Notes: a model not told the origin generated them from the sequence alone. 64,000 nt of DNA from Lophium mytilinum (GCA_010093605.1 MU004184.1:382801-446800), one strand, 5' to 3'; shown: positions 40,001-50,635, numbered from the stretch's first letter. A program made the numbers and translations.

Positions 40001-41553
40001 TATAGCCTTAATATACTAGATAAGTAATAGACTAAAATTACTATAGATTTTATTATAGACCTCCCTTCTTATATATAAAATAGGTAAATATATATACTTA
40101 TTCTTATTAGGGTTAACTAATTATCTAAGAAATACTACTATATTTCTATAATAGGCAACACTATTAAAGATATTACTAACGCCTTTATTTATAAAGTCTT
40201 CTAACTATACAGCTTATCTAAAGTTATTATTAGTAACCGCGGCGCGTAATTTATATCTACTATTTAGCGCCGCCTATATAAATAACTTAGCGTTAAGCCT
40301 AAATTCTCTACCGCTTTCTATTCTAAAACTAATAGCTAGACTAAGAACGCTAACGCTGTTATAAAAGCCTATCTATAATAGTTTATTTTATACTACTAAA
40401 ATAACTAGGTTAATTATCTTTCCCTTAGTAAATTTACTATTAATAACTATAAATTAGCCTTAATAGGCTTTACCCCCTTTTTTACTACTTATAGTTTCTA
40501 CCCGCAATTAGGTATTAAACCCTATATACTAGTAATAGAGCGTGCTATAGTATATAATAAGTAGCTACTAGCTAACTAATATACTAATTAGATAAAAGAG
40601 ATTCTTATAGAATGCCGCTAAGCTATTATCTAGGCTATAGCTGCCTAAGCTTACTTTATAAATTAATATTATTAACTACTACCTTATCTTAAGATAGATA
40701 ACTTAGTCTAGTTTAACGCGCGTAATATTAAAACCTAATACCCTAATTATTTACTTAACTATAAGAATCTTAGCCTATTCTATATTACTAAAGTTATTAA
40801 TTAGAATTATACCTTTTAGCTTAATTTTATAGAAATATTACTTAAAGAATATTATATCTATAATATCTTTTATTCTTACCTACTCTACCTTTTTAAGCCC
40901 CGGCCTATACTAGAATAGAACCTAGCTCCGCCTCTACTAGTATAAGTTATTAACCCGCATAAAATAACTAATAATAAGCAAGATTATATTAATATATAGC
41001 TAATTAACTTTATTATAGATAGCCGTTAGCTATAACGCGGCCGCTATAGTTATAAGCTATAATACTATACCTAGTATAAGGGCTATACTAAGCTATAGAT
41101 ATAGTAGAACTAGACTAACTTTAGTAAATATAGTTTTAATAAGCTTATTAGTAAGTTCTATTACTAATACTCTAATACTAATAGCCCTTATCTAAACTTT
41201 AGGCCTAACCCTAACTAGTAGTAAGTCCTTAATAAGCGCGTACTTATAATCTATAATGCGCGCGCTTATTAACTCTAATTATATACCTTGCGCAGTAATA
41301 TTATAATATTATTTATAACTTAACTAAGACCTAGATTCTCTACTATATCTAGCTAGCTAAGCTATCTTAATAGGAACGCCTACCTTTATAATACTATAAG
41401 TACGCCCCTTTCTTATATAATTTCTATTTAATTACTTATAACTATATTTTCTTAGTATTTTATTTTTTCTAGTCTATAGCCTTACTATATAGCCTTTTCT
41501 TTTTATATAGCCTTTTCTTTCTATAGCCTTTTTTTTCTATTTAGGGGGGGTAG

Positions 41554-41755
41554 TATAATAAATCTAGCTCTATATATATTATATGCCCTTAGCTACATTA
41601 TATAAGCCTATGCGCTAGCGCAGTTTTATACCTCTAGCCTATATTTAGTCTACGCCGTGTAGAATCTCTATCTTTATGCAACTTTATCTTTATAAATACA
41701 CCCTATTTCTTATTTAATACTATACTCCGTGCCTTACCTCTTATAGTCTATAATA
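41554..41755 (+). repeat. Gypsy 3' LTR
   Basis: Matches 33893-34094; preceded by the PPT and followed by TSD ATAAG. Confidence 0.95.
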
Positions 41756-44242
41756 ATAAGCCCTAAGGCTATATACTATAATTCTAGATATTTTATATAA
41801 TATATAGCTTAATATATAGCTTAATAGCTTACTTAATAGCTTTAAAAATAGAATATATTAATAATTTATTATTATAGTATATATAATTATATATTAGGCA
41901 TTAGCACTTTAAAGGTCTTAGTTTAGTAGGGGGGCCCTTACAAGCGCTAACTCCGGCTATGCGCTAATGCAAGACTAGACTGGGTGCTTTAAAATCGCAC
42001 GACTTTTTTAACTCCCAAAGGGATAGCTAACTAACGACGGGAAATGACACGGGAGCACGGCGGTGAGCCGGGATACTCTTGGTGGAGGTCCAATAGGGTT
42101 ATCATCATCATCTTCGGCATCGTTGTCTTTTAGGTGTGAGGTTCGCTGGGCTCGTGGCCATCGTTGTCGTTATTGTTTTGTTAATGGTCGATGGGTGCAT
42201 CCTTGTCGTCCCCGGCATTTTGCGGGGGACGGCAGATAGACCACCCTTGCAGTGCGCAGCGCCATAAAGAAGCTGAGTCGTACCCGGAGCATGCCCAGCT
42301 CTCACCAGTTATATATCCCATGGTGTTTCGAATGTGCCGCGAGTGACATACCCACCGCAAACATCACGGTGCTGCTTCGACCACAGAGTTTCAGAGTACT
42401 ATGGTGGTACCACACTGTAAATCTCCACATTCACAGCTAGATCTAAATGTTCTCAGCTTCGTGGTTACCATAATAACCTACGCAAGAAAACGCTTCGTAG
42501 TCGCTCCGTCCAGCTGCTAGGTACTGTCGGCGCCTGTAATGACTCCATCGCTATATGGGATGATGTATCTACTCCTCTTTTACTATCGCTCCTTCACGAT
42601 GGACGACTAGAAATGCTGCTATGTTCGATTGCAGACGTGAGACGTATCAGGGTTGATAAAATTATCGAGCTCAAGTTTTGGAGATCCGGTGGATCTTCCG
42701 TCTCCAACCACGCAGTGCCAGCAACGAAGCCCGCATGCTGCTGACACCTGAAATGGTCCCGGAATCGCGGGAGAAACTTTGGCAAGGTAGGACCCTATAC
42801 CCTGTCCTAAATCATTTCGTTCCCCTTGACCTTCTCTTGTCTACTGCCACTTCACAAGATTTTCCTAACTCGAAGAAAGGACTTCGGAACTCCCTACGAC
42901 GGTAGTCCTCGGGTCTGGAATTATGTTTATGTGTTGGAGTAGGAGTGCCACTACGACGCGGCCAGTTGGAGTGACGGTGAAGATAACGCAACTGGTACGA
43001 CCAGATCATCGCTTATGATAGATGGGAATTTGGTATTTTTGGTATTGCGTGGAAGAGGAAGGAAGGGCGAACTATGCTGGATCTGTTGGGAAATTAGCTA
43101 AAATGTGTTTGGCAACCTGTAAGCTCACCCAGAGATTTCTCCAAATGGTTCCACAACCGACCTCAAGTTCGCACAGGCTAAATAGCATGTTCATGTCCTC
43201 GATAGCCCTCTCGCCGTCTTGCTCGCGGCAATCGATCCACACCCGCTCATATGAAGTAGGTAGGGAAGCCGGCGTTTTGAGCTGGGCGTTCCCTGTGTCA
43301 TGAGTGAGAGCCCACGTAGCTGCGTACTGAGGAGGTTTCGAACCCCCAACGAGCGGCTCTGAAACTGCTGAAGGAGATTTGGTCGAAATAATCTCTAGAT
43401 GTAACGCGCTGGGGCGGTTGCTAGATTCGTTGAGCCAAGAGCTCTCTCTGGGCGATGGTCAGTAAACCCCGATGAGTGCTCATGGTACGAGGAGACGTCT
43501 GTCGGCCCCGGAAAGGGATTGTGAGGAATATTGTGATGCTAAGAGGGTCCGAAAAGAGTGATGGTATGGGGATTAGGCGACAGGGAAACATAAACCATCG
43601 CAGTGAACCATAACAGAGCCACCGTTCCGTCAATTCATGCGCGCGGACTGTCTTGAGATCCTGTGGTCTTGCTGTGAGATCTCATAACGATATTCTGCAT
43701 TATGATGCAGCTACGGGTGTTCAATCCCGTTCCCCATTTCCCAAATGTCGTAGCCGGCATCGTTGTAATCAGAGAGCTCAGCTTTCCGCTTACTCGCCGA
43801 TTGAATGACGTGGACCTAGTACTGCGAAAGAAATGAGACGGAGATGATGGGCAAGAGGTCGCAGGGGTTGTGGCGGGTGGCGCGAACGATGCCCCATCGG
43901 CGGCGCAGCTGCACTCGTACTTGGTGGTCTCGGAGGTCCGAATTCGGTCTTGCTGATTGCTACAGGCATATTAGTAGAGACGCAAAGATGGCGCTGAGTC
44001 GCCCGAGGCTGAACTAGGAGGTGGTAAAGCTGGATGGAGATTGTTAAGTGTTAAAACTGGTGATGATGTCGCGAAGCAGCACAGCACTGCCGGAAGTCGA
44101 TTTTGTTTGGACGTATTTAGGGAGACTTAGAGACCGAGACCTTTACAGTAGCAGTGCATCTATTGCTGCACGTTAGTTCATTATCTATGGCGAGCTTTGC
44201 GTTGTGCAAAAAGAATGGTAGTCCAAAAAGGTGACACGACTG

Positions 44243-44253
44243 GGGCTCGAACC
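44243..44253 (-). promoter_or_regulatory. Downstream (extragenic) Pol III B box of the U6 gene
   Basis: GGTTCGAGCCC on the minus strand, about +129 from the U6 5' end, 3' of the terminator as in S. cerevisiae SNR6. Confidence 0.75.
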
Positions 44254-44276
44254 TCAGCTAAGCAAAACAAAAAGCT

Positions 44277-44284
44277 AAAAAAAA
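44277..44284 (-). terminator. Pol III oligo-T terminator (T8) of U6
   Basis: A8 run on the plus strand directly after the U6 3' end. Confidence 0.85.
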
Positions 44285-44381
44285 TATTGAAGCTAACTCT
44301 TTGATAAAGCGTGTCATCCTTAGTGCAGGGGCCATGCTAATCTTCTCTGTGTTGTTTCAAATTGACCAAATGCCCGAAGGC
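44277..44381 (-). ncRNA. U6: U6 spliceosomal snRNA (intronless)
   Basis: Minus strand GCCTTCGGGCATTTGGTCAATTTGAAACAACACAGAGAAGATTAGCATGGCCCCTGCACTAAGGATGACACGCTTTATCAAAGAGTTAGCTTCAATATTTTTTTT. Shows the 5' UUCG hairpin, A box TGGTCAATTTG, ACAGAGA box, AGC triad, internal stem-loop and TTTGA/TCAAA telestem. Confidence 0.96.
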
Positions 44382-44390
44382 GGAGGGTCT

Positions 44391-44410
44391 TATTTTATAG
44401 TGAGTATATA
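44391..44410 (-). promoter_or_regulatory. TATA elements upstream of U6
   Basis: TATATA at -29 and TATAAAATA at -18 on the minus strand. Confidence 0.7.
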
Positions 44411-45267
44411 CCCTTAGAGCGGAGAGGGTCAGTGCGCGATTGTTTGCCTACCCCACCACATATTGTGGCCAAACAGCGCGCGAGATCTTCGACAGACAGT
44501 TTATTATGCACCTCCGAGTCACACTTTGCGTTGGATATTACTGTGTGCGGCGTCGTCGTCGCCAGCCGCTGCGTGGCATTTGGTCAACGGTTCTCCGCCA
44601 CTGAACCCGCTTTTGCGACAGATACGCCTAGGGCTTTTCACGCCCTGCTTTACGCATTCTTCACTCTAAAAAGAACCCTTTCTTAGCTTTGAGTGAGACC
44701 CTCATCACGATATAAACTGCTATAAAGTTGAGTGCGCGAGGAGTTCGACACGCCAGCTGAGGGCGGGCCAAAGATCCCAGGCCGTGTAGCATCACGCACC
44801 TCCACTAAAGCGCAGTAAAGTGGTCATAAGCCCGATGGTTCACGTCGGCGTGCTTGGATTTATCTTCATTGTCTTGGCCGTGATGTGCACCTTGTCATTA
44901 CTCTCTACTGATGGCGCTGTCTGCAATCAACCTATGCCTCGCACCAGTCTGTCATCCGCCAAACCAACCCTATTTGAGACTCCGCTATGCCCTCTCCATA
45001 GCCTCCAAAGCTGGGATTATCAAGAGACGCCTTCCATGCGCTCAAATCACTCCACCATATCCTCTTGTTTGCCCTCCGTGAGTGTGAGACGCCGAAACGT
45101 CTCAAGCGCTCTCGCCTCCTCCTCGCCCGACAACCCGCGTCCTGTAAGATGTCCATTAGCCTCATGCAGCACATTACCGCGAGAAGAAAGATATATGTGA
45201 GCCCATGACACCTTCACCGGCGCTATAGATAGCAAGGCAGTGCTAGCGCCGTGGTATCTCTGGTGAC

Positions 45268-45900
45268 TCAGCCATCGCCAAATGCTGCCTCGACCCTGCC
45301 TGGCCTGTAGACGTCCCGGCCTGGTCTCCGTAGTACTACTTGAGGACTTACGCGCCGATCTCGATCGTTTGCAAAACGAGAGAAACGGCCGGACCCCCTC
45401 GCGCGATAGCTTTGTTCGATCTTGGCCCGCCATCTGGGAGCGAGGCTATGGGAAGCGCGGGCTCGGTCGATGCGACGGTGCCTGTTGGTAGGACTTTGGG
45501 TATTGAACGGAGGAGGAGCAGAAGGGGACCTACTTGGAGGTTCGAACATCGGGAGGTCGTGTTGTGAGGTCGCTTGCGTCTTCACCGCATTCAGCTTGCG
45601 TTCGCGCTTCTTGGATGCCTTCCGCTCTCTCCTAATGAAGCCGCGGAAGTTGGCCTGCTGCAGAGGCGTCGCTCGCATTCGTAGCACAGCGTCGAGCAGT
45701 TTCGCGTTGTCGTAGTTGAATCGGCTCTCGTCGTACAGGCGGCGCAAGGCTTTTCCAACGTTGGGTCTACCCCCGCTTTCCGACCTCTGTGCAGCTGAGT
45801 TGACAGCCCGAAGGACAAGGGCGTCTTTGGCGGGCGTCCTTGTAGGCGTCGGGGTGACAATGGGGGTCAGTGTATTCGAATTCCGCAGTTGACGATCCAT
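45268..45900 (-). CDS. Hypothetical 210-aa protein; N-terminal half resembles the pre-PHD region of Pezizomycotina Rco1-like PHD-finger proteins
   Basis: Open ORF. LRAVNSAAQRSESGGRPNVGKALRRLYDESRFNYDNAKLLDAVLRMRATPLQQANFRGFIRRERK recalls that family; no PHD finger present. Confidence 0.5.
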   Translation of the reverse strand: MDRQLRNSNTLTPIVTPTPTRTPAKDALVLRAVNSAAQRSESGGRPNVGKALRRLYDESRFNYDNAKLLDAVLRMRATPLQQANFRGFIRRERKASKKRERKLNAVKTQATSQHDLPMFEPPSRSPSAPPPFNTQSPTNRHRRIDRARASHSLAPRWRAKIEQSYRARGSGRFSRFANDRDRRVSPQVVLRRPGRDVYRPGRVEAAFGDG

Positions 45901-47351
45901 CTATGATACATTAGTCTTTCAAGTAGAAGTAAACCCATTGAATTCGAGAAGGAAAGAACAACATGTGCAAGCCCAGATACAGCACCACCGTCGCCAGTGT
46001 GCAGAGCAGTACTGACTACGTGGTAACTCTAGGCGTTAGTAATCGCGGAAGTGCTACCCCGGCTCTGCTCAGCCAGCCTCTTTCGGGTTCAAACAAATTC
46101 CGTGAGTGCTAGAGGACTCACGCAGTGACCAGAAAAGCATCACGCACCGACACTAGTGCCAACGCCCGGGATCAACTCCCCGGTCAGGCGCGATGACTTT
46201 GTCTGATCTTGGCCTCCACCCGTCTGCGAATGAGTGAGGCTGTGAGAACCCGGACTCGATCGACGGTACGAAGCCTGAAAAGAAATTGAAGGGAAGGGAC
46301 ACGCGTCGGGGAAAGATCAAAATACGTACCGTAACTTTGAGCAGTCTCGTTGTGAGATTCGGGTTACTGCGTAGTCTGGAGGGATGTTTCGGAAAGATTG
46401 TTGTTGTGCGAAGCCCTCGTCTTGAAAGTTAGTGTAGGTCTGTGCACAGTCGTCCACCGTTTGGGCCCGCTCCTAAGCATGTGTATATGATGACTTTGAT
46501 GAATGAACTCGAAAGCCGGCGTCTCTTCCGGGTAGCGCCACGCAGCGTAGGCCAAAGAATCACGCGGATTAGGAAGAAAATGGGCTGGAGTTGGAACTAC
46601 TCTTTCTAGCGAGTTGCACCGGCATAGCGAATTTATGTGTCACGTTTTGACGCGTTATTCACGCATCTCATTCATCCAAGGCATATATGCTGTCTTAAAG
46701 TAACAAGATATTGAGAGAGAGAAGGTATTGGAATAGGTTTTAACGTTCCAACTCGGCCTCACACGGCATGGTGCTGTCTCCAATTTCCTCGCACTACTCC
46801 GCCCGAAACCAGCTTTCAAAGTTCGAGGGCCATGTCCTGTCTGAATCCCTCTAAACGGTCTCCACGCCCCGTAGTCCAGATGCCTTCCAACCCCAACTGG
46901 GCATCATGCGCATATCTAAATCAAGAAAAGTGTTAGCAGAATCGTATATCATGTTGACGAAACAAGACGCGAACAACACAGGAAGACAAATATGTACGAG
47001 GTGGGCCGCCCGAACGGACTCCTTTCTAGCAGAGCAGGCAGCTGAAGCCGCGGTACGCCCTTTCGTCGCTCATCGTGCTCTTACGTTTTCAGGGCCCTGC
47101 TCTACCCTCATTAGACAGTCAGATCCGATCTTGCTTGCCCGTTCGCTGGTCAAAAGCATTCCCAACACCCACTGAGCACGACGATTTGGTTTAATCTTGG
47201 CATGACAGCCCAGAGCGAGAGCTACGAGAGTCGGGCTCGGTGGACTGAAGTGCCAGAAAATGTTCTTCTTGTCTTGCTCGTTCTTGGGAATTTTGTGGGA
47301 ATAGCAAACATGGAAATGAAGACTCTTACCTATTTCGCGTATGCTTTCCTC

Positions 47352-47707
47352 GAATTTCTCAGAGGCGCGGCGGATGTCCTCGGAGAGAGTCGCGCTGAAC
47401 ATCATCACCTGCTTTTGTTGAGGAGTCGCACGGAATATCTTATCGCGGCGCATGTCTTTCAAGTGACGTTAGCATAGTCCATCGAAGGTTTGGGAGGGAT
47501 AGGGTGAACGCACCGATCCGATCGAGCATCTTGTCGCATTCATCGAGGACGAACCGCTGGATGTTGCCTAGTCGTAGCTTCTTCCCGCGGACGAGGGCGT
47601 TCAGGCGGCCAGGAGTGGCAACGATGATATGCGGATGTTGATTTTTGTTCGTTGATCTTTGTTTGCGAGCATATCGATGTCCTTCTGCATGGGAGTACCA
47701 CCGTAGA
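47352..47707 (-). pseudogene. SUB2: Internal fragment of DECD-box RNA helicase Sub2/UAP56 with intron
   Basis: [18 protein letters not shown], a 14-bp duplication causing a frameshift, [41 protein letters not shown], intron 47456-47513 (GTGCGT..GCTAAC..AAG), then [29 protein letters not shown]. The DECD and SAT motifs are diagnostic. Confidence 0.95.
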
Positions 47708-48329
47708 CTGCAGAAAGATTAGCAAAGATGTTTGACTGGGACCACCTACTGGCGCCATCGAGTGCGGAGCAGCGCTGACGCCAGGGTAACTATCCCGAAG
47801 TCGTCGCCGCCGTTGAAGATAAAGGCCGCTACCCCGGCTCATAACCCCGAAGGGCCTGAAGAAACACCATACTACACTTTTACCGCATTGCGGCGAGCTT
47901 TCGGACAGGGAACCACGGTGGCGACTTGTTGGATCGATCTCGGCAAGGGGCATAAGAGCTTAATGGCTATGGAAGAGCCAGGCTCGAGTGTCCGTACCTT
48001 GCCTGTGTGGGATGGGGTGTAGCGTGGAAGGTACCTAGGCGGCTGACAACGGTTGAGAGAAGGGCATGAACGTACCATTGCTTGAAGCCGTGCTTGTCGA
48101 CGCGAATCCGGATGACCAGGAGAGGCATCAATGTCGTCTTGATATGAAGTATATTGGGCAAGCTAGACTGCGCGGAAGAACGCCGGTTCTGTGTGCGCGG
48201 GTGATTTTCTGATGAATCTCTTCCAAATCCACACGCGGATTTGGCACAGGACAAGCACGGAGGAATTATTTCGATCGCATTCGACTGGCTGTCCTGCCTC
48301 GCGAAGATCTTGATATATCTCTGCGTCGG

Positions 48330-48470
48330 GCGAAGAAGGCCTGAAGGCCGGAGAAGTCGACGTTCTTGGTGAAGCGGACGTAGATCTTGTGGCGGTTCTC
48401 CTTGCCCTTCTTGACGTTGGCACGGCCCTCTTCCTGGTCGAGGTCTACATGAATGCGATGTTCCAGGCGA
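48330..48470 (-). pseudogene. Fragment of Argonaute (QDE-2-like) N domain, embedded in ORF 48266-48862
   Basis: EHRIHVDLDQEEGRANVKKGKENRHKIYVRFTKNVDFSGLQAFF matches the remembered fungal ArgoN pattern RIxVDLDxExGR...KENxHxxxxRxTKxVxFxxLQAY. No PAZ or PIWI seen. Confidence 0.7.
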
Positions 48471-49757
48471 GGGGAGCTGGGCGGACATGAGAAGAAGGGG
48501 GAGGATGCCACGGCCACTGGAGTCAGGCCGGCGCCTGACTTGGGCTCGCTGTGGATGGCTGACGGGAAACGGTGGAAGTTGTACAGTGCCTGGTTTGGGG
48601 AAGGGCTTTCTGACGATGACTTCATGACGTTGGGCTCGCCAGTCCTTTTCTCCATGACCTTGCTGTGGAAAGGGTTGCTGCCGAAAGAGAGAATCTCCAC
48701 AAGAGCAGCCTTATTCTTCCCGGATAGAGGCCGAGAAGGTCGAGGTCGGGAAGTAGCAGCTGAAGCCGCTCCACGTCTGGCTTGGAAAGTAATGACGTGG
48801 GTCGCAGGCTGGTTGACAAGAAAAAGGCTGTCGAATGGCGATGGTGCGCACAATGCCATCAAGTGGTGCCCATTTTGCTGCCATGCGTGCGTAGGCTAAG
48901 GAGACGGTATCCAAAAACTAGATCAAGAGGGAGTTGTTCTTGTTCAAGTGATGAAGTTGACGATTGAAGAAGATGTTTGGAGGATTTGTGTTGCCGGTCA
49001 AGCGATGACGCCGGTCTTGTGGTAGAAGATCGGTCACTGCCGAAGAAGCCCCGACTGGTCCAAAAGGAGGCGAGTATCGTCGATTGGTCTGTGAGATGTC
49101 GACAAGCGTTCTGCCTTAGTAGTTGTTGCTATAGTAGCAACAAATCTGGACTACTTTGTACATATCGACATAAAAGGGAAGGGCAGCTGATTAGTTTGGT
49201 AAGCTGTGCATACAATGTAACAGGCAAGTCTCGACAGGCAAATTGCACGACGAGCATCTTATAACACCACGTAGGGATCTACTATCATAGAATGCTATTG
49301 TCCTTCTTTAGTAGCTTTAGTTGAGGAGAGATCCAGTATATATAGATGCCTTAGAGCTACCAAAGGGAGAGGTAGCATGCGATGCCAATATCTAAAAGAC
49401 GTCAAGGGCCATGGGGCAGCACACTAGGATAGTCAACGCACTGAGCGCGTGGTATTGACATAATTGAGGAATAAAGGAGAAAGATGTAGAAGAGGCAGCG
49501 CTGGATTTTAACCAGGGACTGATAGGACCGAAGGCATCACAAAGGGACTACATATCGCATTTCTTGAACCAAGTCTTGAAAACATGCACTCGGCATTCTG
49601 CGTGTTCTTGTAAGCTGTTCGATGCTCCGTAAAGTCTACATCATCTGACCACTGCGACCCTATGACCCTTTACGCTTCCCCAATGTGTTCATTTGATGCC
49701 AACTAAACACAAAATTGCCTAAACTACGCGTAGCGATTGAGCTTCTAAACGGAATAT

Positions 49758-50635
49758 TTAAGGACGTGAGCTGTTGTACGCCCTAATATCCAGGACAGGA
49801 ATCTTGGTGCTAGGGTCCAAGTCTCCAGGTAGTGTTGCGTACATGTGCGCACCGGCTCTCACCGAGTGCCCATGCCGTAGGTAGCAATTCGCTCTGTTCC
49901 CACCGTGACTCCCACTATGACTGTGAAACTCGCAGTCCCACCACCCTATGCTATTGGTGTTGTCGGCAGCCTCAGATAAGTCCCAGAACAGCTGTGGGAT
50001 CTCGATCGGACTCCGGAAAACAGCTCTCAGGCCAACGCTGCCTAACCGAAACATCGCTTCGCGCAAAGGCGATCCCTCTGGAAGCTTGGTATTGGAGAAT
50101 ATGAGCTCGAGGTGGTCGGCGGTGATGAAGTGCCCGTCGCTGTATCGGCGGACGAGCTGGAGAAGAGCGTCCATGATGGTATCCTTGAACCAAGAGTCCA
50201 GAATTCGTTCGCCGAAGACATAGCAGTTTGCTAGAAGGGTGAACTCTGCGTCGAGGGTGTTCGGCGTTGGAGCTCCTGAAGTAGTATCGAGCCTATCGGT
50301 GTACGCCCAGTACTGGTAGATGCCAAAGACACGAGGAGAGACATCCGGGAGCTTGATGATGCCTTGAATAGACTCTAACCATCCTCCTCGCAGCGCAGCT
50401 CGGAAGAACGCTGAAGTTTTCCGAAGCGTGTCCTCGTGGATGAGAAAGTTGATTCCGTACTCGTCGTCCGTGGAAGCTTTGATATGAACGGTAATGAGAC
50501 GGCATGCTGGAAAGAACTACTATCAGCTAGTTGCCTTCGTCTAACAGGAATTGGACTCAACTTACTTCGCTTCTGCGCCCTCTTGCGGACAAACCAGGTG
50601 CTCCAAGCGGCTTCCGACCTGGTCATCCAAGGCAT
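49758..50635 (-). CDS. BTB/POZ-domain protein, 272 aa, 2 exons (50635-50566, 50506-49758)
   Basis: Intron GTAAGT..GCTGAT..CAG keeps the frame. ITVHI..FLIHEDTLRKTSAFFRAALRGGWLES..IIKLPDVSPRVFGIYQYWAYT..LANCYVFGERILDSWFKDTIMD..EGSPLR..CEFHSH is typical of fungal BTB proteins. Confidence 0.9.

Larger units (their letters stand above)
33893..41755 (+). mobile_element. Full-length Ty3/Gypsy chromovirus LTR retrotransposon, RIP-inactivated
   Basis: Twin 202-bp LTRs, 5-bp TSD ATAAG (33888-33892 and 41756-41760), PPT aggggggtag before the 3' LTR. De-RIPped RT MPFG (~38189) and VYLDDILI (~38276); RNase H TDASDY (38741) and NYEIYDKEL (~38849); integrase SDRGAQF (~40232) and TAFHPETDGQTE (~40310); chromodomain-like DSR..Y...KGY (~41015-41085). 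Confidence 0.96.
31171..41857 (-). mobile_element. piggyBac-family DNA transposon relic interrupted by a Gypsy insertion at 33893-41755 (ends tentative)
   Basis: De-RIPped minus-strand motifs: MS..RWKQIKRYF (~32820), IDEMMVRFTGRSSHTVKMPGKPISEGYKIF (32450-32536), WQDKNLVRFLTTAH (~32025-32068), YNNWMGGVDIHDQLRSYY (~31832-31885) and a Cys-rich tail at ~31300. Candidate TTAA sites at 31167-31170 and 41858-41861. Confidence 0.88.
31094..41942. repeat. AT-rich RIP-degraded nested transposon block
   Basis: Sharp compositional boundaries and TpA excess. Confidence 0.95.

Noticed and set aside
43322..43375. tRNA-like sequence on the minus strand (GGGGG-TTCGAAA-CCTCC T-arm, TCA in the upstream loop)
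   Set aside because: No D-arm or 5' acceptor strand, a 6-nt loop with a mismatched stem, and no terminator; probably chance.
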